Position numbers and translations under genes: made by a program. The notes under the pieces are model-generated. The model did not search any database and had not been told where the DNA came from. It saw only the letters and a program-made list of their open reading frames with translations. A stretch of DNA of 64,000 nt, taken from the NCBI GenBank assembly GCA_965199495.1, contig CBDASK010000003.1, forward strand, positions 32,001-96,000, written 5' to 3'. This DNA is from Abditibacterium sp. (lineage in GTDB: Bacteria > Armatimonadota > Abditibacteriia > Abditibacteriales > Abditibacteriaceae). The stretch's first letter is position 1. Each line of letters opens with the position of its first letter. Of the stretch, positions 56,940-64,000 are shown piece by piece.

Positions 56940-59900
56940 ATGTTTTCTCTGCGATTTCTGGCGCCCGCCGCGTTTGCGGCTTTAGCGCTGTGTGGCACAA
57001 CGGCTCGTGCGGCGACTTTTAACCTCACCATTAACGGCCAATCTCCTCAGGCTTTGATTGACGTCATCAATACGGCCAACTCCAACGGTGAGGCCGATAC
57101 CATCAACCTGTCGGGCTATGTGAATTTCACTCAGGCCGATAACACGACTTATGGGGCGACCGGTTTTCCGGTCATCAAAAACGATGGCGGACTTACCATC
57201 AACGCCACGCCTTCGACGTTTATTGGTCGCATCGCCAACTCCAACAATCCCAAGGTTCGTATTTTCGCGATTGGGCCGGGCGCCAAAGTCGTTATCAACG
57301 GTTTGCGTTTTGCCAACGGTAGCGCCGGAGCGGGGAGCGGCGAGTCGGGCGACGTGGCTGCTAATCGGGGCGGCGGCATTTACAATGGCAACGGCGGCGA
57401 TTTGACGCTCAATGGTTGCGACTTCGATTACAACACGGCAGTCGCTGGCGCCGCCGTATTTAATGGAGCGGGTGCCTCGTTAAAAGTCACGGGCGGTGAA
57501 ATCAGACAAAACACTGCCGATGCCGACGGCGGCGCCATCTTCAACGAAGCGGGCACGGTTTCGGTCGAGGGCGCTCAATTCAATGGCAACAGTGCCAACG
57601 GCGTTGACGCTGTCATCGGTGGCAACGGCGGTGTGTTGTGCAATCGCAGCAACGCCGCCAATGGCACCTCGCTTGGAGCGGGCATTTTGACGGTGCGTGC
57701 TTGCAACTTTGGCGTGGTCAACGGCAACGTGGCGCGACGCGGAGCCGCCATCGCGACGGAAACCGGCAGTCAGACCAACGTTCAAAGCAGCTATTTTAAT
57801 ACGAATAGCGCGCGCTTCGGCGGCGCTATTTTCACGCAATCGGCCCTGACCATCGCCAACAGCACTTTCGACGCCAGCAATGCCAGCGTCGAAGGCGGCG
57901 GAATTTATAGCGAAACCGCCGCCGCCAGAGCGCAAATCAGCAACAGCACTTTCGCCAATAACCGGGCGGACGGGTTGGGCGGCGCCGTGCGCATCGCGGG
58001 CGGCGAGGTGGCCTTTGAAAGCTGCACCGTCAACCGCAATAGCTCGTTCAACAACACGACTGGCGGACTCTCTACCGCAGCGGGCACCATCGCCAGCGTG
58101 CGCAACACGATTATCGCGGGCAATTCTGGCGGCGATGTCGCTACCTCTGCGACATCGGGAGAGACTATCGAGAGCGGTGGCTATAACCTGATCGGAATCG
58201 GCAATGCCATATCGGGCTTCGGCGGGCCGAGCGATCAGACGGGCGTGACCGATCCAAAAGTTAATACTTTGCGCCGCAACGAAGGAGCCACGCCGACCAG
58301 CGCTTTGCAATTCGGCAGCCCGGCGATTGACCAAGGCAAAAGCGCATTGAGCACTGACCAGTTGGGCGTGCAGCGTCCCAACGACATCGCTTCGATTCCC
58401 AACGCACCGGGCGGCGATGGCAGCGACATCGGCGCCGTCGAATTCGATCAGGCGCAGAACACGGGAGCGCACAGCATCCTGCTCGTCAACACCACGACCG
58501 ATATTGACGATGGCGTGTGCGGCCTGAAAAACTGCACGTTACGCGAGGCCATCGCAACCGCCAACGCCAACCCAAACGTAATCGCCATCGTGTTCGGCGC
58601 GAAGGTCTTTGGCGATTCGCGCCAGACCATCACGCTCAATGGCACCAGTTTGACGCCCATTTCCAGCGGCATCGGCCTGATGATCGTGGCGCCCGAAGTC
58701 GGCGTGGTTATTGACGGAGCGGGCACAAGCGGCATTTTTGTGATCGCGCAGGGCGGGCGCGCGACATTGCGCAATCTGACCATTCGCAACGGCAACGACC
58801 GGACGGGGGCGGGCATCAACAACAAGGGCACACTCAACGTCGTCAACTGCACCTTGAGCGATAACATCGTGCTGTTTGATGGCGGCGCCATCTACAACGA
58901 CTACGGCACGCTCGATGTGTTCCAATCCACCCTGACGGACAACAGCGCCAGAGACGGCAGCGCGGTCTATAACTTTCGCGGCACGGCCACCATTCGCAAT
59001 TGCACGATGGTTTCCGACCGCACGCTCTACTCCACGCAGAACTTCCCTTCCAACTCCAATCAGGCGGTGATGACGGTTTCCAACTCCATCGTCGCGGGCG
59101 ACGAGGCGGTTACTTCCATCAGTCCGGGATCGAGCGGCGCGACCAGCAGTTTTCAGTCGGGCGGCTACAATATCGTGAGCGGCGGCGCGTCCATCAACTC
59201 CTTCAAAAAGCCCGGCGATCAAATCAACATCGCGGCGCCCGATATTCTTCTGGGGGCATTGGCCGAAAACGGTGGCCCGACGCCGACCGTCAAGTTATTG
59301 GCGGGCAGTCCGGCCATTAATCACGGCGATCCGGCATTCACTGGCGATTTCGACCAACGCGGCACGGGCTACCAACGCATCATCGCCGGACGACTCGACG
59401 TTGGCGCTCTCGAAGCGCAGACCGCTCTTCCCAGCGTGACGGTGACGCTGTCGCCCGCCGCACCCAAAACCAATGACACTTTAACTGCGACGGCAGTCGG
59501 CAATTCGCCCACTAATGGCTCGCTGACCTACAGCTACCAATGGTTTCGCAACGGCACGCCAATACCGAACGAAACCGAATCAACGCTGCAACTTTCCAAG
59601 CCGGGCAACGGCGACAAAGGCGACGTGATTGCGGTGACGGTGCGCGCTTCGGACAGCCAAGGCACATCTGATCCCGCCAGCGCGCAGGTGACGGTCGTCA
59701 ACAGCGCGCCGGTCGCCATCAGCAGTCAGGGCACGGTGCCCGCCGATACCGAAAAAGCCTTCGTGTTGCGCGCCTTCGATGCCGACGGCGACGCGCTGAC
59801 GTTTCAACGCGTGGGCGGCCCGAAAAACGGCGTAATCGCCGATATTCGCGTTGATCCCGCCGACGGCCAGCTCAAACTGTTCTACAAAAGTCGTCCTTTT

Positions 59901-60644
59901 TATGGCGGCGTAGACGTAATTCGCTTTGTGGCGCGCGATAACGACGGCAAACTTTCCAACGAATCCACGCTGGGTATTACCGTCCAATACACGCCGCCGC
60001 CTCCGGTCAACCGCGCGCCGGTGGCTGGTGACACCAACATTGATACCTACGTCGGCGATGCGGTCGTCAAAGGTCTGCTCGGTTCCGACCCCGATGGCGA
60101 CGCGATCACGTTTCGCATCGTCAACAACGCCAAGTATGGCAGCAGCGAAATCAAGCGCGACACCGACGGGCAGTTCAAGCTGTTCTACACCAGTTTGAAT
60201 CGTTTCTACGGCAACGACCGCGTGACTTATATCGCCATTGACAGTCGCGGCAAAGAATCGAACCTCGCGACGATCAACATCCACTTTATCAACCGCGCGC
60301 CCTCGGCCCAGAACAATAATCTCAGCGTGGCTTCGGGCGAGTTGGTTTCGCAGTATCTGTTTGGCACCGACGCCGATAACGATGCGTTGACTTTCCGGTT
60401 GGTCAACAATCCGCAATACGGCACCGGCGCGATTAAGCGCGATGAGCAGGGCAACTGGCGCGTGTATTATCAATCGGTGCCGGGCTATGTCGGCGCCGAC
60501 CGCATCACGTTTATCGCGATTGATCCATTCGGCAAAGAATCGCAGGTGGCGACCGCCAATATTAACGTCGTGCGCGTCGGGCCAGCGCCTTCGGCACCGG
60601 GCGCAATTCACGTTGCGCCAGCGCCGTCGAGCGGCAAGTCGTAA
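56940..60644 (+). CDS. Large secreted beta-helix (GGAI repeat) / CSLREA / choice-of-anchor Q protein with C-terminal Ig-like repeats
   Basis: Signal peptide; GGGIYN/GGAIFN repeats; GSPAID..DQLG..DIGAVE; CTLREAI; NRAPVA..DPDGDAITF repeats. Confidence 0.88.
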   Translation: MFSLRFLAPAAFAALALCGTTARAATFNLTINGQSPQALIDVINTANSNGEADTINLSGYVNFTQADNTTYGATGFPVIKNDGGLTINATPSTFIGRIANSNNPKVRIFAIGPGAKVVINGLRFANGSAGAGSGESGDVAANRGGGIYNGNGGDLTLNGCDFDYNTAVAGAAVFNGAGASLKVTGGEIRQNTADADGGAIFNEAGTVSVEGAQFNGNSANGVDAVIGGNGGVLCNRSNAANGTSLGAGILTVRACNFGVVNGNVARRGAAIATETGSQTNVQSSYFNTNSARFGGAIFTQSALTIANSTFDASNASVEGGGIYSETAAARAQISNSTFANNRADGLGGAVRIAGGEVAFESCTVNRNSSFNNTTGGLSTAAGTIASVRNTIIAGNSGGDVATSATSGETIESGGYNLIGIGNAISGFGGPSDQTGVTDPKVNTLRRNEGATPTSALQFGSPAIDQGKSALSTDQLGVQRPNDIASIPNAPGGDGSDIGAVEFDQAQNTGAHSILLVNTTTDIDDGVCGLKNCTLREAIATANANPNVIAIVFGAKVFGDSRQTITLNGTSLTPISSGIGLMIVAPEVGVVIDGAGTSGIFVIAQGGRATLRNLTIRNGNDRTGAGINNKGTLNVVNCTLSDNIVLFDGGAIYNDYGTLDVFQSTLTDNSARDGSAVYNFRGTATIRNCTMVSDRTLYSTQNFPSNSNQAVMTVSNSIVAGDEAVTSISPGSSGATSSFQSGGYNIVSGGASINSFKKPGDQINIAAPDILLGALAENGGPTPTVKLLAGSPAINHGDPAFTGDFDQRGTGYQRIIAGRLDVGALEAQTALPSVTVTLSPAAPKTNDTLTATAVGNSPTNGSLTYSYQWFRNGTPIPNETESTLQLSKPGNGDKGDVIAVTVRASDSQGTSDPASAQVTVVNSAPVAISSQGTVPADTEKAFVLRAFDADGDALTFQRVGGPKNGVIADIRVDPADGQLKLFYKSRPFYGGVDVIRFVARDNDGKLSNESTLGITVQYTPPPPVNRAPVAGDTNIDTYVGDAVVKGLLGSDPDGDAITFRIVNNAKYGSSEIKRDTDGQFKLFYTSLNRFYGNDRVTYIAIDSRGKESNLATINIHFINRAPSAQNNNLSVASGELVSQYLFGTDADNDALTFRLVNNPQYGTGAIKRDEQGNWRVYYQSVPGYVGADRITFIAIDPFGKESQVATANINVVRVGPAPSAPGAIHVAPAPSSGKS

Positions 60645-60658
60645 AAATTCGGAGTAAC

Positions 60659-60698
60659 AAAAAAGGGCGGCGACTTTTTCCAGTCGCCGCCCTTTTTT
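60659..60698 (+). terminator. Intrinsic terminator
   Basis: AAAAAAGGGCGGCGACT..AGTCGCCGCCCTTTTTT. Confidence 0.88.
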
Positions 60699-60786
60699 AG
60701 TTATCTGGCGAAAGTGGTGTTGGCAAGGCGCGGTTTGTTTTATAATGGAATTCGCTGCTTTTTTGTGGCGTTTTTATTTAACAAAT

Positions 60787-63700
60787 ATGTTTCCCCTGCG
60801 ACGGGCGCTTTTCGCGCTTGCCATTTCGATGGCCGTCCCTGCCTGTGCGGCACAAGCCGCCACTATAACTGTTGATCGAACCGATGACGCCGATGTTTCA
60901 GCGTGTTCGACGGCTGCCAACGATTGCACATTACGCGGTGCGATTAACAAAGCCAACAATACGGCGTCCAATCCCGGTGCGGATACAATTGTTTTCGCCA
61001 GCAATGTGCGCGGTGCGATTGTGCTTTCTAACGGCCAACTGCCTTTCGTTAGTGAGATATTGAATATCACTGGCCCCGTCGTAGGCGCGTTAGCTTTGGA
61101 TGGGAACTCGAAAAACCGAATTTTTCAGGTTCTTCCCGGCGCAAGTTTCACGATTAGTAATTTGACTTTGCGTAAGGGCGCTGCTGGTAGTAGCGACGAT
61201 GGCGGCGCCATTTATAGCCAGGGCAATCTGGACGTTAGCAACTGCGTTTTCGACGGCAACTCCGCGTCCTCTGGGGGAGCGATTATAAGTGGCACGCTTA
61301 CTCTGACGGCGAGCCGCTTCATCAACAATAGGGCGATTGGCGCAGGCGGCGCCATTTATGGATCGGGTGCCGTTGTGACGGACTGCGTTTTCGCAGATAA
61401 CATAGCTAACACCAGTGGCGGCGCCTTTTCAGGTGGTTCGCTTCAGATGAACAACTGTTCTTTTACTAGTAATCTCAGCTTGGTTTCGGGTGGAGGCATG
61501 GATGTTTATGGGCCAGCGACCATTTCCAATAGCACTTTCGTTAATAATCAGGCGCGCAACGGTGGCGGACTTTCGCTTTTCGGCAATTCTTCGACCGTTC
61601 AGAATTGCACTATCACTGGCAATAGCGCGACGGTTAAAGGTGGTGGCGTTTACACTTATGGCGAACATTTGCTGGACAGCGTGACCATCACCGACAATGT
61701 GGCGCCTCCCAATCAGGGCGGCGGAGTTGCGGCGACGGGCGGCACCAATCAACGCGTTGAAATTAAAAACTCGATTGTCACCGCCAGTCGCTCCGGTGGC
61801 GATGTGGATTACGTGTTCGATTTGCCCCGCGAAAATACCAATGAGGTCGTCAGCCTCGGACACAACCTGATTGGCAGCGGCAACGCGACAGTTTCATTCA
61901 ACCAAAGCGGCGATCAAACCGGCGTCACCGATGCCAAACTCGGCCCACTCGCCGGTAACGGCGGCGCGACGCAAACCATCGCGCTTTTGGCGGGCAGTCC
62001 GGCGATTGACGCGGGGCAAACCACTCTCGCCACCGATCAACGCGGCGTGGCTCGTCCGCAGGGCGGCGCCGCCGACATCGGCGCTTACGAATTATCAGCC
62101 ACGCCGCCGACAACCGAAATACCGAGTTTGATCGTGACGACGCTCGACGACGTGGATGCCAACGATGGCCAAAATTCGTTGCGCGAGGCCATTAACTATG
62201 CGAATTCAAAAGAGGGCGCGGATGTCATTACCTTCGCCAATAATTTGACAGGCACGGTCAGGTTGAATGCGCAGTTGCCCACGATTTACGATGCGCTTAC
62301 GATTCAAGGCGCGGGCGCCAGTGTATTGGCTATTGATGGCAGCGGCGCCCGTCTGTTGCGCATCGCCAGTAACGCCAGCGCCACTATCAACGACTTGACG
62401 CTTTCTGGCGGCAAATTTTCGCCCGACGACGGGCGCGGCGGCGCCATTCTCAACGAAGGCAATCTCAGCATGAATCAGGTCGCGGTCTCCAACAATCGCG
62501 GCATCGAAGGCGGCGGCATCGCCAACCTCAACGGCGTCTTGACGATGACCGGCTGTCTGTTAAATAACAACGTGGCTCTCAACAGTGGCGGCGGCATTCT
62601 CAATAATAACGGGCAAGTCACGCTCATCAATAGCACGGTTAGCGGCAACAGCGCGATTGGTAACACCGCCGACGCTGCTGGCGGCGGTGGCATTGATTCG
62701 TTCGGTAGCGCCGCGACGGTGCGCCTCGAATGCGTGACTTTAGCGAACAACAGCGCGTCCAATGTGGCGGGCGGCAACCGCGCGGGCGTGTGGATCGAAG
62801 AGGGCGCGCTCACGATTCACAATTCGGTTTTGTATGGCAACGGCACGAGCGACGTGCAAAACGAGGCGGGCACGCTCAGCAGTTCTGGTTACAACATATT
62901 CGGCGTTGTGAACAATAACGCCGGTTTGGTGGCCAGTGACCGCGTGGGAGTCAATCCGCAAATCGGTGGCTTGGCCGACAACGGCGGGCCGACGTTTACG
63001 CACGCGTTGCTGGCGGGCAGCCCGGCGATTAATACCGGCGACCCGAATATCAAAGACGGCTTCGATCAGCGCGGCGGCGGTTTCCCGCGCGTGCGCGGCG
63101 GCATCATTGATGTCGGCGCCTTTGAAGTGCAAAGCGATGCCGCCACGCCAATTGTCAGCCTCAGCCCACAAAACCCGACGACCGATCAGAAGCTCACAGC
63201 CACGCCGAGCGGCTTCGATGCGGGCGCGGTTTACAGTTACCTCTGGAAGAAGAATGGCGTCCTGATTCCCAACGAAACTTCGGGCACGCTCGACCTGAGC
63301 AAACCCGGCAACGGCGATGTCGGCGATATTATCACTGTCGAAGTCACTTCTGGCTCAGTTGTGCGCACGGCGGGCGTGAAAGTGATCAACCTCAATCGCG
63401 CGCCTGTCGCTTTCAGCCGCAACGTGAGCGCGACCGCCGATGTGGAGGCGTCGTTTGAACTGCGCGGCTCCGATCCCGATGGCAACGCGATTACTTTCGA
63501 GATTACCAAAGCGCCCACCAACGGTCAGGCCGAAATCAAGGTTGACCCGCTCGATGGCAAAATCAAACTGTTTTACAAAAGTCGCCCGCGCTTCAACGGC
63601 GTGGATGTGATTCGCTTTGTCGCCGTTGACACTGCGGGCGCCAAGTCCAACGAAGCGACCTTGGGCATCGCGGTGAAATACAACGCGCCGCCGGTCAACC

Positions 63701-64000
63701 GCGCGCCGGTGGCTGGTGACACCAACATTGATACTTATGTCGGCGATTCGGTTGTCAAAGGTCTGCTCGGCTCTGACCCCGATGGCGACGCGATCACGTT
63801 TCGCATCGTCAATAACGCCAAGTATGGCAGCAGCGAAATCAAGCGCGATACCGATGGTTTCTTCAAACTGTTCTACACCAGTTTGAATCGTTTCTACGGC
63901 AACGACCGCGTGACTTATATCGCCATTGACAGTCGCGGCAAAGAATCGAACCTCGCGACGATCAACATCCACTTTATCAACCGCGCGCCTTCGGCCCAGA
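60787..64000 (+). CDS. Second CSLREA / choice-of-anchor Q surface protein paralog (3' end runs off the window)
   Basis: Manual translation MFPLRRALFALAISMAVPACAAQAATITVDRTDD..CTLRGAI; GGAI repeats; SLREAI; Ig-like repeats nearly identical to the upstream gene. Confidence 0.88.
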   Translation, partial: MFPLRRALFALAISMAVPACAAQAATITVDRTDDADVSACSTAANDCTLRGAINKANNTASNPGADTIVFASNVRGAIVLSNGQLPFVSEILNITGPVVGALALDGNSKNRIFQVLPGASFTISNLTLRKGAAGSSDDGGAIYSQGNLDVSNCVFDGNSASSGGAIISGTLTLTASRFINNRAIGAGGAIYGSGAVVTDCVFADNIANTSGGAFSGGSLQMNNCSFTSNLSLVSGGGMDVYGPATISNSTFVNNQARNGGGLSLFGNSSTVQNCTITGNSATVKGGGVYTYGEHLLDSVTITDNVAPPNQGGGVAATGGTNQRVEIKNSIVTASRSGGDVDYVFDLPRENTNEVVSLGHNLIGSGNATVSFNQSGDQTGVTDAKLGPLAGNGGATQTIALLAGSPAIDAGQTTLATDQRGVARPQGGAADIGAYELSATPPTTEIPSLIVTTLDDVDANDGQNSLREAINYANSKEGADVITFANNLTGTVRLNAQLPTIYDALTIQGAGASVLAIDGSGARLLRIASNASATINDLTLSGGKFSPDDGRGGAILNEGNLSMNQVAVSNNRGIEGGGIANLNGVLTMTGCLLNNNVALNSGGGILNNNGQVTLINSTVSGNSAIGNTADAAGGGGIDSFGSAATVRLECVTLANNSASNVAGGNRAGVWIEEGALTIHNSVLYGNGTSDVQNEAGTLSSSGYNIFGVVNNNAGLVASDRVGVNPQIGGLADNGGPTFTHALLAGSPAINTGDPNIKDGFDQRGGGFPRVRGGIIDVGAFEVQSDAATPIVSLSPQNPTTDQKLTATPSGFDAGAVYSYLWKKNGVLIPNETSGTLDLSKPGNGDVGDIITVEVTSGSVVRTAGVKVINLNRAPVAFSRNVSATADVEASFELRGSDPDGNAITFEITKAPTNGQAEIKVDPLDGKIKLFYKSRPRFNGVDVIRFVAVDTAGAKSNEATLGIAVKYNAPPVNRAPVAGDTNIDTYVGDSVVKGLLGSDPDGDAITFRIVNNAKYGSSEIKRDTDGFFKLFYTSLNRFYGNDRVTYIAIDSRGKESNLATINIHFINRAPSAQ

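Noticed and set aside
60003..64000. Near-identical repeat pair as DGR template/variable repeat
   Set aside because: Both copies are in-frame coding; differences are mostly synonymous third-position changes, not adenine-specific; the RT is retron-type.

Overview
GC-rich bacterial chromosomal segment. The H-X9-DG/DUF1559 prepilin-like gene, LacI/TIM-barrel sugar genes and CSLREA surface proteins suggest an Abditibacteriota/Armatimonadota-like organism (inference). Most of the window is housekeeping or metabolic: metG, tRNA-Arg(ACG), argJ, dxr-rseP-ispG, a short ArgA-type acetyltransferase, a TolC/MacAB-type exporter, a PHP phosphatase, GH1, GH115, two APC transporters, an SbcCD-like pair, mutL, a MoaB/Mog protein and two large surface-protein paralogs. 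The standout is a ~10 kb co-oriented locus at 28079-38133. It comprises a near-consensus sigma70 promoter, a ~290 nt RNA with retron msr-msd architecture, a WGR-regulatory-catalytic PARP with intact H-Y-E triad, a thioredoxin, a 1289 aa protein fusing a degenerate phage rIIA-like GHKL domain to helical repeats, a SWIM zinc-finger protein and a Mx162-like retron reverse transcriptase. This reads as a type XIII-like retron whose ncRNA lies ~8.3 kb from its RT, directly in front of a candidate PARP effector. Also notable are about ten long palindromic REP/MITE-like elements (one nested in another with a target duplication) and a strongly over-represented octamer, CGTGGCTG. All calls come from reading the sequence and motifs by eye; no searches or folding programs were run.
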